From Leptonemataceae bacterium (GTDB lineage Bacteria; Spirochaetota; Leptospiria; Leptospirales; Leptonemataceae): a stretch of DNA of 64,000 nucleotides. A model generated the notes under the pieces. The model did not search any database. It was not told the origin of the DNA and saw only the letters and a list, made by a program, of their open reading frames with translations. The stretch spans positions 4,480,001 to 4,544,000 of the forward strand of contig OZ245742.1 in NCBI GenBank assembly GCA_965227295.1. Reading direction: 5' to 3'. Below are positions 20,004 to 29,172 of the stretch, one piece after another. Positions within the stretch are counted from its first letter, which is position 1; every line of letters starts with the position of its first letter. A program made the position numbers and the translations under genes.

Positions 20004-21251
20004 ATGGAAAGTGAACTGCGAATATTACTGAAGCACGCCTTCATTTCCCGGCGACAGTTTCGGGATTTGCTGGCGCGCAACTTCGAATCCGTGGAGGGCC
20101 TGCGCGAAGCGGTACTCACCGACGGCATGATGGATCCGCCGGACTGGCGGGAAGCCATGCGCCACCTGAAAACCACCGGCACCGGCGAACGGCAGCCGCC
20201 GGAATCGCTGAACGCGGAGATGCTGCAAATCCAGCAGACGGCGCTGAAGGTCGCCGGCAGCGATACGACGATCCTGCTGCTCGGTGAATCCGGGGTGGGC
20301 AAGTCGCGCCTCGCCGCGCGCATTCATCGTGAGAGCCCGCGGCGCAACGGCCCGCTGGTTACGGTATCGTGCGGAAGCATTCCGGAAACGTTGCTTGAGT
20401 CCGAGCTGTTCGGCGTGGAGAAAGGCGCGTTCACCGGCGCGAACAAATCGCGCGAAGGCCGCTTCGCCCGCGCTGATACCGGTACCATCTTCCTGGATGA
20501 GATCGGGGAACTCACGGCCCCGCTCCAGGTAAAATTGCTGAGGGTACTTCAAGAGAAGAAGATCGAACCGCTGGGCGGCTCCGGGGAGATGGACGTGGAC
20601 GTGCGGCTCATCGCCGCGACGAACCGGAACCTGGAAGATGACGTGCGCGACGGGCGCTTACGGGAAGACCTTTACTTTCGTTTGAACGTCGTGCCGCTCA
20701 CCCTGTTACCCCTGCGCGAACGTCGCGAGGACGTCGCCCCGCTGACGGGTTACTTCATCGAACGCTTCGCGGCAAAGGTCGGCGTGCGCATCAACGAAGT
20801 GGACCCGCGCATCAGTGACATCATGATGAAGTACTCCTGGCCGGGAAACATCCGCGAGCTCGAAAACTGCGTGGAGCGATTGATCGTGTTATCCCGGAAC
20901 GGCAAACTCTCTCCGGAAGACTTTCCCCCGCGGGTCCTGAAAGAGATCGGCGGAGTGCCGGCCCTCAAACCGGCGAAAGGTCCCGGCGGAGACCGGCGAC
21001 CGGCCTTCGCCGACGGCGAGGACGAAGATCCGGCGTCTCGCTTTCCGGATCTGCGCGAGATGGAAGCCCGGCACATCGAACGTGCGCTGAAACGCAGCCG
21101 GGCCAGCATCCATCGGGCGGCCAGTCTGCTGGGCATCCACCGCAACACCCTCTCGCGGAAGCTCGAAGAGTACGAGATCGATCCGTCGCGCTTCAAAAAC
21201 GGCCCCGCCGACGAGGAACCCGGCACGGCCGGCGGGCCCGACGCGGCCTGA
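20004..21251 (+). CDS. Sigma-54-dependent transcriptional activator (short N-terminus)
   Basis: GESGVGK, GAFTGA, IFLDEIGE, WPGNIREL, HTH AASLLGIHRNTL. Confidence 0.93.
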   Translation: MESELRILLKHAFISRRQFRDLLARNFESVEGLREAVLTDGMMDPPDWREAMRHLKTTGTGERQPPESLNAEMLQIQQTALKVAGSDTTILLLGESGVGKSRLAARIHRESPRRNGPLVTVSCGSIPETLLESELFGVEKGAFTGANKSREGRFARADTGTIFLDEIGELTAPLQVKLLRVLQEKKIEPLGGSGEMDVDVRLIAATNRNLEDDVRDGRLREDLYFRLNVVPLTLLPLRERREDVAPLTGYFIERFAAKVGVRINEVDPRISDIMMKYSWPGNIRELENCVERLIVLSRNGKLSPEDFPPRVLKEIGGVPALKPAKGPGGDRRPAFADGEDEDPASRFPDLREMEARHIERALKRSRASIHRAASLLGIHRNTLSRKLEEYEIDPSRFKNGPADEEPGTAGGPDAA

Positions 21252-21304
21252 AATGTTCTTAAATTTTCCCGCGATTCGGCCGACCGGTATTTCAGGTAGG
21301 TCGC

Positions 21305-22117
21305 ATGAAAACGCAAGTAGCCGGCAAGTCCGTATCCTCTTCCGTACCCGAGATCGTTGAAGCGTGGGAACTCTACGCCGACGGCTCATACGCGGAGCTC
21401 ACTGAACGCTTCACGAATTCCGAACTCGGAGCCGTGCGGGATCTCTGTTCCCTCGCCGTTCTGGCGGACGGCGGCACGCCGGCAAAGCGCGGCAAAAGCA
21501 AGGATGTGAGCATCTTCACCGATTTGCTGCGCGGCATGGAACTCTACTCCGTGGCGGAGTACGATCAGGCGGCACTAAGTCTCGGTGAGTGGCTGTTAAA
21601 GCGGGACTACTACTGCGAAACCGTGCTCACCGCATTCATCGACGCCGCACGCTGCGCCGGCGAATACGGCCTGCTGGGGCGCGTCTGCAAACGTTTCGTC
21701 GATCGTCCGGCGTATCAGAAGTTCACCGCGGAGCCGTTGTTCTTGAGCGTCTTTCACGCGGATCGTCCGAAAGAAGCCGTCCTCATCTTTGAAAAATTCC
21801 GCGAGCACTTCGACGATCAGGTGGTTTTGCAGAAGGTCGCCCTGGCCCTGCTGCGCCTGGAACGTTACAGCGACGCCGAGCGCCTGTTGATGCCGCTCTA
21901 CGCGAAATTGACCGGCGCGAAGTACGATCCGTCCCGTCGCTACGAAGACGCCGTCTCCGACTACGCTCCCGCCATTCGCAACAAGGCGAAACTCGCCGGA
22001 AAAAAAGATCGCTCCTTCGAAGAGAGCATGGAACTGGGCATGGCCTATCTCTTCAGCGGCGAGTACGATCAAGCGCTCTCCGTATTACAGACTTTACAAA
22101 AATCTCGCGCGGCCTGA
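21305..22117 (+). CDS. Hypothetical TPR-like protein
   Basis: Helical repeats, e.g. LGMAYLFSGEYDQAL. Confidence 0.65.
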   Translation: MKTQVAGKSVSSSVPEIVEAWELYADGSYAELTERFTNSELGAVRDLCSLAVLADGGTPAKRGKSKDVSIFTDLLRGMELYSVAEYDQAALSLGEWLLKRDYYCETVLTAFIDAARCAGEYGLLGRVCKRFVDRPAYQKFTAEPLFLSVFHADRPKEAVLIFEKFREHFDDQVVLQKVALALLRLERYSDAERLLMPLYAKLTGAKYDPSRRYEDAVSDYAPAIRNKAKLAGKKDRSFEESMELGMAYLFSGEYDQALSVLQTLQKSRAA

Positions 22118-22126
22118 TAACGGGTC

Positions 22127-22909
22127 GTGCCTGCGTATCGATTCCTCTCCCTCGAAATACAAGATCACATCGCCTGGCTGCGGCTGAATCGACCGCCGCT
22201 GAACGACCTCGATCCCGAGGTCCTGGACGAACTCATCGCCGCGCATCACGAGCTGGCCGCGAACGACGACGTCTGGATGGTGGCCCTCGGCGCCGCCGGC
22301 GATAAGTTCTTCTGCAACGGCGTGTCGCCGGACTTTGTGCTGGAACGCGACGTGGACGGCCGCGCCCTGGTCTTCGAACGTTTGTTTGATTTGATGCGCG
22401 TGATGTACGCGTTTCCGAAGATCGAGCTGTGTGCTCTTCGCGGGCACGCCATGGCCGGCGGCGCGGTGCTCGCGATTCTCTGCGACTTTCGATTCATGGC
22501 CGCCGGCAAGAACCGCATCGGTTTTTCGGAAGTTCCCGTGGGCCTGACCGTGCCCGAGTTTCTGATTCGGCTGATCGAAGGGGTCGTCGGTCCGCAGCAC
22601 CTGGTAAAGATCGCCATGCTCGGCACGGCCTTCCGTCCCGAGGAAGCCCTGGAGATCGGCCTGGTGGATCGTGTGGTACCGGCCGACGAGCTCGATCAGG
22701 TCGCGCAGGATTATCTGCAAGGACTGTGCGAATTGCCGTTAGAGAGTGTGCAGGATGTGAAGGCGTCCATCCGGGCGCCGCGCATGGAGCTGGTGCGCAC
22801 GGCCTCCGGCGAAAGCCTGGCACATCTGCGGCACTTTTTGTCCGGCAACTTCGACGAGGGCCTTCAGGCCGTCAAAGAACGCCGTAAGCCGAAGTTTGTG
22901 AATCCGTGA
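22127..22909 (+). CDS. Enoyl-CoA hydratase/isomerase family protein
   Basis: LNRPPLN, GHAMAGG..CDFR, EVPVGL, EEALEIGLVD. Confidence 0.9.
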   Translation: MPAYRFLSLEIQDHIAWLRLNRPPLNDLDPEVLDELIAAHHELAANDDVWMVALGAAGDKFFCNGVSPDFVLERDVDGRALVFERLFDLMRVMYAFPKIELCALRGHAMAGGAVLAILCDFRFMAAGKNRIGFSEVPVGLTVPEFLIRLIEGVVGPQHLVKIAMLGTAFRPEEALEIGLVDRVVPADELDQVAQDYLQGLCELPLESVQDVKASIRAPRMELVRTASGESLAHLRHFLSGNFDEGLQAVKERRKPKFVNP

Positions 22910-22920
22910 CGGATGATATT

Positions 22921-22957
22921 CTCCCGGCGTCCTCGGAGCCTCGGTGGTTTAACTTCT
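22921..22957 (-). repeat. CCGAG-periodic repeat between convergent genes
   Basis: Minus strand AGAAGTTAAACCACCGAGGCTCCGAGGACGCCGGGAG. Confidence 0.6.
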
Positions 22958-22977
22958 TTCGACGACGCCACATCCGA

Positions 22978-23991
22978 CTAACTGAATATCAATAGATCTT
23001 TGCAAAGAAAGATCAGCGGCAGGACCAGAAACAAAAACACCGCCGTGGTGCCGACGAAAAGTTCCGAGGCGTAGGCGCTCTCCAGATCGAAAAGCACGGC
23101 CGTCATCACCGAATACACCGCGGCCGGCATGAAGGCCATAACGGCGATGACACCGGCGATTTCGTTCGACAGTACGGGCAGGCCCCAGGGCTGCGTGAAT
23201 ACGAGCAGGACCGCGAACGTGAGCGCCGGCGTGAGCAGGAACTTGAGCACGCTCAGCACGGCGACGTCGCGCAGGTTCGCGCCGAAGCTCCGGGCGTCGA
23301 AGCTGAGTCCTAACGTACAATAGTACAAACCTACCGACGGCAGGAGGATGTACTCGAGCTGGATGTCGTAGGCCGGACGTTCGATGCCCGCGAACAACAG
23401 GGCCAACGCCGCGACGGCCGCATACAGCGGCAGATGATTCCAGCTCCGGAGAAAACTGAGCAGATTCAGGCGATCCTCCCCCGGCGTGCTGCGTGCCGCC
23501 CTTCGCGCGTAAGGAAACATCACCAGAAACAGATACGGCGTGAAATAAAACACGAACAGTGCCGAGTAACCGAGCCCCACTTCACCGTAGAGCAGATAAC
23601 AAACGAAACCGCCCATGGTAAAGCCGTGATTCGACAGGCTGGCGCTGATGTTGTACGCGGCGCGGCGCCGGTCGGCACGTTCCGCGCGTAACGCTGGCGA
23701 TGTGCCTTCGTGTTGTGCCGCTGCCTGGTTCTCCGCGGATCGCGCCGTGGTCCAGCGGCCGAGAACAAATCCGGTGCCGACCATGAGGAAACCGGCCACG
23801 GGCAACGCGGCACGATCGGCGGCGAGTTGCAGGCCCCAGGTCGACCAGAACACCACCCAGGGTTCGAGAAAGATCAGATTAAAGCGCACGAGATGACTCG
23901 CGCGGTGCCGCAACTGTCCGCGAAAGATCTGCCCGAAGACAAACGGAAGCAGGACAAAGGCCTGAAACAGGGCGAACTTTGCGACGGGCAC
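22978..23991 (-). CDS. AEC (auxin efflux carrier)-like membrane transporter
   Basis: ~10 TM; SNHGFTMGG, LKFLLTPAL, MPAAV motifs. Confidence 0.75.
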   Translation of the reverse strand: MPVAKFALFQAFVLLPFVFGQIFRGQLRHRASHLVRFNLIFLEPWVVFWSTWGLQLAADRAALPVAGFLMVGTGFVLGRWTTARSAENQAAAQHEGTSPALRAERADRRRAAYNISASLSNHGFTMGGFVCYLLYGEVGLGYSALFVFYFTPYLFLVMFPYARRAARSTPGEDRLNLLSFLRSWNHLPLYAAVAALALLFAGIERPAYDIQLEYILLPSVGLYYCTLGLSFDARSFGANLRDVAVLSVLKFLLTPALTFAVLLVFTQPWGLPVLSNEIAGVIAVMAFMPAAVYSVMTAVLFDLESAYASELFVGTTAVFLFLVLPLIFLCKDLLIFS

Positions 23992-24073
23992 GGGACCGTA
24001 TGGGGCCGGCCGGAGTTGCTGTAAATCAGAAAGACCTTGCGGGATTCGGCTGAACGACAGTTGTATCGTATCG

Positions 24074-25249
24074 GTGGAACGCTTCCTCTACGAAGGCGAC
24101 GAATTCTACGCGCATGCTCTCGCGTCCATTCGCGCGGCGCGCTTCAGCATCATGCTGGAGATGTACATATTCCGTGACGATGCGTCCGGTCGGATGTTTG
24201 CGGAAGCCCTGATGGAGCGGGCCCGGAGCGGCGTCGAGGTTACGGTGATTTACGATCGCATCGGCTGCATCGGGACGCCGGATCGTTTCTGGCGCGAGTT
24301 GCGCGATGCCGGTGTGCGCGTGCTTGCCTTCCATCCCTGGCGCGGGCTGCACGATTTTTTGCGCTTCCTACCGCAACGATTGTTGCTGGCCTTCTTTCGC
24401 CGCAATCATCGCAAGACCCTCGTCGTCGATGAACGCATCGGTTTTACCGGCGGCTTTAACATCATGGACGAGTGCAGTCTGGAACGTTACGGACCCGGAC
24501 GCTGGCTGGACGCGGCCTATCAGAGCGACGTGCCCGCGGTGGTCCTGGGATTGCAGGCGTACTTTCGCGATTCCCTGCGGCGCATTGAAGGCCCGGGCAA
24601 GCTTCCGCGCTCATTGCACAAGCGCACCCGCGAAGCGATCTTTCATCCGCCCGGCGACGCACGACCGCTGCTCGGTGTACCGGAACGCTGGCGACGCAAA
24701 CATTCGGAACTGCGCCGACGCTTGCCGCCGCGTATGACCATCGTCAGCGCTCTCAAGAAACTCATGAATCACAGTCGGCGCCGCATCTGGTTGACGTACC
24801 CGTACTTCGTTCCGTACGGCGGTGTGATGCGCTGGATCCTGCGCAAAGCGAGGCGGGATTCCGGCGTGGACCTGCGCATCTACCTGTCCTCCGTTTCAGA
24901 TCTGCCCTGGATGCGTGACATGGCCGTGTTCATGGCCCGGCGCCTGCATCGCCAGGGCGTGCGCATCTTCATGTTTCACGGCGGACGAATTCCGGAAGAG
25001 GCGCCACGCTTCAGCCACGCGAAGGTGGCCTTATTCGATGACTGGGTCGGCGTGGGCACGAGCAACCTCGATCGCCGAAGTTTTTTGTTTCACCTGGAAT
25101 CCATGGTGATTCGTAAAGATCCGCCGTTCATGCAGGAAACCGAGGAGTTCTTTCACTATCTTCACGAGTACAGCCGGCCCTTCGACGAACGCGAGTACCG
25201 GGCCGGTTTCCGGGCATATTTGCTTTATCCGTTCCGGCACTGGCTGTAA
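24074..25249 (+). CDS. Phospholipase D family / cardiolipin synthase (ClsB-like)
   Basis: Two HKD motifs (HRKTLVVD..GGFN; HAKVALFD..GTSNLD), PYFVP; no N-terminal TM anchor. Confidence 0.88.
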   Translation: MERFLYEGDEFYAHALASIRAARFSIMLEMYIFRDDASGRMFAEALMERARSGVEVTVIYDRIGCIGTPDRFWRELRDAGVRVLAFHPWRGLHDFLRFLPQRLLLAFFRRNHRKTLVVDERIGFTGGFNIMDECSLERYGPGRWLDAAYQSDVPAVVLGLQAYFRDSLRRIEGPGKLPRSLHKRTREAIFHPPGDARPLLGVPERWRRKHSELRRRLPPRMTIVSALKKLMNHSRRRIWLTYPYFVPYGGVMRWILRKARRDSGVDLRIYLSSVSDLPWMRDMAVFMARRLHRQGVRIFMFHGGRIPEEAPRFSHAKVALFDDWVGVGTSNLDRRSFLFHLESMVIRKDPPFMQETEEFFHYLHEYSRPFDEREYRAGFRAYLLYPFRHWL

Positions 25250-25343
25250 GATCGGGCGCAGGCGAAAGTGCTTGCGATGCCGGACGTTCACCGTAAAGTG
25301 CCGTCCGTTCTTGCGCGGGCACATCCGCGCGGTTTTATCTGTC

Positions 25344-25706
25344 ATGGCGAAATCTATCTTAATCGTAGACGATGACCCCGAGATCGTCGCCTACCTGAAA
25401 CAGGTCCTGAGCAACGAAGGCTTCGAAGTTACCGCGGGCGACCGCGCCGTCGATGCGGTAAACCTTTACGAACGCCTGAAGCCCGACGCCCTTCTACTCG
25501 ACATCAACATGCCCGGCTCCGACGGTTTCTTCGCGTTGAAGCGCATCCGCATGCGCAGCCAGGCCGGTGTCATCATCATGATCTCCGCACGCGAAGGCGT
25601 CGACGATATCCAGGAAGCCCTGGACCACGGTGCGGACGATTACATCGTAAAGCCTATCGACCGCGGCACCCTCGTCCGTAAGATTCAAAAGCATTTAAAG
25701 ATGTAG
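25344..25706 (+). CDS. Single-domain response regulator
   Basis: ILIVDDD, LLDINMP, ISA, YIVKP. Confidence 0.92.
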   Translation: MAKSILIVDDDPEIVAYLKQVLSNEGFEVTAGDRAVDAVNLYERLKPDALLLDINMPGSDGFFALKRIRMRSQAGVIIMISAREGVDDIQEALDHGADDYIVKPIDRGTLVRKIQKHLKM

Positions 25707-25722
25707 GCGGGACGGCCCGGGC

Positions 25723-26343
25723 TTACTGCCACCCGCGCCGGAGTCGTGGTAGGCGGTAGTATCTCAGCCAGAGCCTATACGGTAGCCTGTCTTCCGGCGC
25801 CGACTCCAGGCGTATCCTTCTTTCGTAGTGATTTCGCGCTATGTAAACGCGGTTTGAGAACTCAATGTAGAAGGGGAACTGGCTGTCATAGTTGTGAAGC
25901 TCGTTTGTAGGAACTCTTACGCTTAGCCTCCCTGGATCAACGCGCAAATCTTCTTCAAGCAACCAGGCGAATAAAAAACACCGCGATACACCAAGATAAG
26001 CCGCCCACTGACCGAGTTCCATCCAGGCCTCGTTCGGCACGCGCAAGCAAAAGCGCCGGAGTTCGAGGCCGGACCGCTGATAATGACACTTCAATGTCGC
26101 GGATTGCAAAAACTCCCGTTCGAAAAAGCGCGTGCGAAAGCGCGCCAGTAATACTCCTACATAAAGTCCACGCCGACGCCTGTAGCGTTCCAGTTTTGCA
26201 ACCAGCAAGTCACAGAGATACTCGGGCACGAGCAAAGTCACAGGCAACGATTCCGGAAACGTAACCAGCGGACGTCGAAATTCCATCTGTGGTTCAAATC
26301 TCAGCGGCAGATCAGCCGGGCTGTCCGTAGAATGAATTTGCAT
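25723..26343 (-). CDS. DUF1564-like (Leptospira-type) protein
   Basis: VTLLVPE, YQRSG, RVPNEAWMELGQWAAYLGVSRCFLFAWLLE, RVPT; RBS GGAGG. Family recognised from memory. Confidence 0.75.
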   Translation of the reverse strand: MQIHSTDSPADLPLRFEPQMEFRRPLVTFPESLPVTLLVPEYLCDLLVAKLERYRRRRGLYVGVLLARFRTRFFEREFLQSATLKCHYQRSGLELRRFCLRVPNEAWMELGQWAAYLGVSRCFLFAWLLEEDLRVDPGRLSVRVPTNELHNYDSQFPFYIEFSNRVYIARNHYERRIRLESAPEDRLPYRLWLRYYRLPRLRRGWQ

Positions 26344-26438
26344 GATCCCTCCCCGCCGCCGATGGCGGCGCCACGCAGGAGGGAAAGAAACACGTCGATC
26401 GTTGCGCAAAAAAAGGGCGGCCGGGCGGCCTCACCCGC

Positions 26439-27467
26439 TCATTCTTCAATCCGAAAGTAGAACTCGCCCAGACCCTGGCCGATTTCGTTCAGACGCAATT
26501 GCATCACGTCCAGGTACTCGTGGAGGCCCTGGTGAAAGATGTCTTCGACCTCGGTGTAATCCAACTGCGAACGCAGCCGGCCCAGGAGTTTCTCGGACCG
26601 GTTCGTGAATGAACTCATCTCCGAACCGGTGATTTCCCGGAGCGAGGTCTCGGCAAGTTTCAGGCAAAAACGAATTGCACGCGGGAAATATCGGTCGAGC
26701 ACAAGAAAACGAATGATGCTGCGCGGATCCACGCGATCAAATTCGCGATTGTACATTTCGTAAGCGCTGGCGGACTTCAGGACCGAGGACCACTGCAACA
26801 GATCAAACGAGCGGCCGACGTCTTCTACACGCGGTAGTAAGATGAAATACTTCACGTCCAACAGGCGCGTCGTCTGGTCCGCGCGTTCCAGTTGACGCCC
26901 CAGCATGCCGAAGTGCCAGCCTTCGCTGTGAGAGAGCGTGGTATCGTACAGCCCGTGATACAGTTGCGTCTGCTGGCGGATCAGCGTGCACAGCGGCAAC
27001 GGATCGCGCAGAACGTCGCCCATGTCGCGGCGGATCGCATCGCGGACCTGCATGTGAAAATCGTTCAGGTGCTCCCAGATTTCGAGGCTGATCATTTCAC
27101 GGATCGAGCGCGCGTTTTCCCGCGCACGACTCAAACACGAACCGATGGACGACAGATTCCGTTCGTCCGCCAGGAGAAAGCGAATCACGTCGTCCCGGGC
27201 TGCCGGTGCCGACGCGGTGGATGCAGTGGGCGCGGAAACGCCGTCGGCGGCCCCGCTCGCAGTTTCACCGCCCGCGGCCTCGCCGTACAATTTATGAAAG
27301 AGATCGTTATCTCCGGTCGTGGAGATCAGCGGGCCCCACTGCTCCTGCATACCCGGAGGAAGATCCAGCGTTAAGTTGAGATTGGCGTCGATGAAGCGCG
27401 CATAGTTATCCGCCCGCTCAATGTAGCGGTTCATCCAATAGATTGAATCTGCGACCCGGCTCAGCAT
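26439..27467 (-). CDS. Alpha-E domain protein (DUF403)
   Basis: MLSRVADSIYWMNRYIERA, ARENARSIRE, LGRQLERAD, FPRAIRFC. Confidence 0.93.
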   Translation of the reverse strand: MLSRVADSIYWMNRYIERADNYARFIDANLNLTLDLPPGMQEQWGPLISTTGDNDLFHKLYGEAAGGETASGAADGVSAPTASTASAPAARDDVIRFLLADERNLSSIGSCLSRARENARSIREMISLEIWEHLNDFHMQVRDAIRRDMGDVLRDPLPLCTLIRQQTQLYHGLYDTTLSHSEGWHFGMLGRQLERADQTTRLLDVKYFILLPRVEDVGRSFDLLQWSSVLKSASAYEMYNREFDRVDPRSIIRFLVLDRYFPRAIRFCLKLAETSLREITGSEMSSFTNRSEKLLGRLRSQLDYTEVEDIFHQGLHEYLDVMQLRLNEIGQGLGEFYFRIEE

Positions 27468-28913
27468 TCACGATCTCAACACCCAGGTGTCTTTGCTCCC
27501 GCCGCCCTGTGAGGAGTTAACCACCAGCGAGCCCTTCTTCAACGCCACCCGGGTAAGCCCACCGGGCATCACGAAGATATCGTCGCCGTACAGAATAAAC
27601 GGCCGCAGGTCCACGTGTCGTCCTTCGAGAGAATTCTCGACGAGCGTCGGCACACGCGACAGCGAGAGCGTCGGCTGCGCAATGTAGTTCCGCGGATTAT
27701 CGCGTACGAGATCCCGGAAGCGATCACACTCCCCGCTGCTCGCATGCGGCCCGATCAGCATACCGTAACCGCCCGCCTCGTTTGCCGCCTTCACCACCAG
27801 TTGATCGATGTGATCCAGGACATACTTGCGGTCGTCGTCATCTTCACAGACGTACGTCGGAACGTTCGGAATGATTGCATCTTCGTCCAGGTAATACTTG
27901 ATCATACGCGGCACGTAGGCGTAGACGACCTTGTCGTCGGCGATCCCCGTCCCCGGGGCATTGGCCAGGGCCACCTGACCGCGGCGATACGCTTCAAAAA
28001 TGCCGGGCACACCCAGCAAAGAATCCTCGCGAAACGCCTTCGGATCGAGAAAGGTATCGTCGATGCGGCGATAGATTACGTCGACGCGCTCCAGGCCGCG
28101 CGTGGTTTTCATCATGACACCGCTGTCCGTGACAACCAGGTCCTTCCCTTCAACGAGTTGCACGCCCATCTGCCGCGCCAGAAACGAATGCTCGAAGTAC
28201 GCGGAGTTGAAGACACCCGGCGTGAGCACCACCACCGTCGGCGACTCGCGTTCGGACATGGCCTGCAACGTTGCCAGCAACCGCAACGGATAGTCGTTGA
28301 TCGGCTGCACGCCCATGCTGTGAAACAGGTCCGCGAACGTGCGTTTCATGCTCTCGCGGTTTTCCAGAACGTAGGCCACCCCGGACGGACAACGCAGGTT
28401 ATCTTCGAGAACGTAGAATTCACCGTCGTCGTTTCGGACCAGGTCGGTGCCGGTGATGTGCGTCCACACACCCTTCGGCGGTTGCAGACCGATGCATTGT
28501 TTCAAGAACGCGCGGGAGGATTCCAGGATGTGCCGCGGAATCACACCGTCCTTTAAGATCTTCTGCTCGCCGTAGACGTCCTGAATAAACAAATTCAGCG
28601 CCGTGGTTCGCTGGCGCAGCCCGCCTTCGATGCGTTCCCACTCCGAGCCCTCAATCACGCGGGGAATAATGTCAAACGGAAGCACCCGTTCCACGCCCTC
28701 GTCGTCCTCATAGACGTTGAACGTAATCCCCATACGATACAACGCGCGTTCGATGGCGTGTTTGCGGCGGGTCAGATCATCCGGCGACAGGCGACCGATG
28801 TTGTCGCGCAACGTCCGGTAACCGGGGCGCACATTGCGATCCGCCGAAAACATTTCGTCGTAGTAACGACCGACATCGTACGATTCTAAGAGTGTGGCGG
28901 TTCGTTGGGGCAT
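27468..28913 (-). CDS. Circularly permuted type 2 ATP-grasp protein
   Basis: [42 protein letters not shown]. Confidence 0.93.
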   Translation of the reverse strand: MPQRTATLLESYDVGRYYDEMFSADRNVRPGYRTLRDNIGRLSPDDLTRRKHAIERALYRMGITFNVYEDDEGVERVLPFDIIPRVIEGSEWERIEGGLRQRTTALNLFIQDVYGEQKILKDGVIPRHILESSRAFLKQCIGLQPPKGVWTHITGTDLVRNDDGEFYVLEDNLRCPSGVAYVLENRESMKRTFADLFHSMGVQPINDYPLRLLATLQAMSERESPTVVVLTPGVFNSAYFEHSFLARQMGVQLVEGKDLVVTDSGVMMKTTRGLERVDVIYRRIDDTFLDPKAFREDSLLGVPGIFEAYRRGQVALANAPGTGIADDKVVYAYVPRMIKYYLDEDAIIPNVPTYVCEDDDDRKYVLDHIDQLVVKAANEAGGYGMLIGPHASSGECDRFRDLVRDNPRNYIAQPTLSLSRVPTLVENSLEGRHVDLRPFILYGDDIFVMPGGLTRVALKKGSLVVNSSQGGGSKDTWVLRS

Positions 28914-28952
28914 GAAAAGGTGCGCTCCTGTGCCTGTCCGGCGCAAACGAGT

Positions 28953-28968
28953 AGCAATATTCATACCA
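28953..28968 (-). promoter_or_regulatory. Sigma-54 -24/-12 promoter for the leftward ATP-grasp/alpha-E operon
   Basis: Minus strand TGGTATGAATATTGCT = TGGYAY-N5-TTGCT, 40 bp upstream of the ATG at 28913. Confidence 0.75.
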
Positions 28969-29064
28969 TGGCAAAACACTCTCTCGCGAAGGGTTTTCGC
29001 GCGTAAGGCCTGTACACTCGCCTCAAAAAAAGGCAGATCAGGCAGGATTTAGACATCGCCGAAT

Positions 29065-29082
29065 TTGTAGGAGTTCCTACAA
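29065..29082. promoter_or_regulatory. Palindrome TTGTAGGA-GT-TCCTACAA (candidate enhancer or dispersed repeat)
   Basis: Perfect 8-bp arms; lies between the two sigma-54 promoters; other copies at 56555-56574 and 25904-25920. Confidence 0.55.
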
Positions 29083-29135
29083 TGGGCCGGATCGAGGCGG
29101 TGCGCGGTTTTGCCCGGGTTTTTCCACCGGAGTTC

Positions 29136-29151
29136 TGGCACGTTCCTTGCT
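29136..29151 (+). promoter_or_regulatory. Sigma-54 -24/-12 promoter for the rightward transglutaminase operon
   Basis: TGGCACGTTCCTTGCT is a consensus match (TGGCAC-N5-TTGCT), 21 bp upstream of the ATG at 29173. Confidence 0.85.
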
Positions 29152-29172
29152 CCACCCTTACGTTAACAACAT

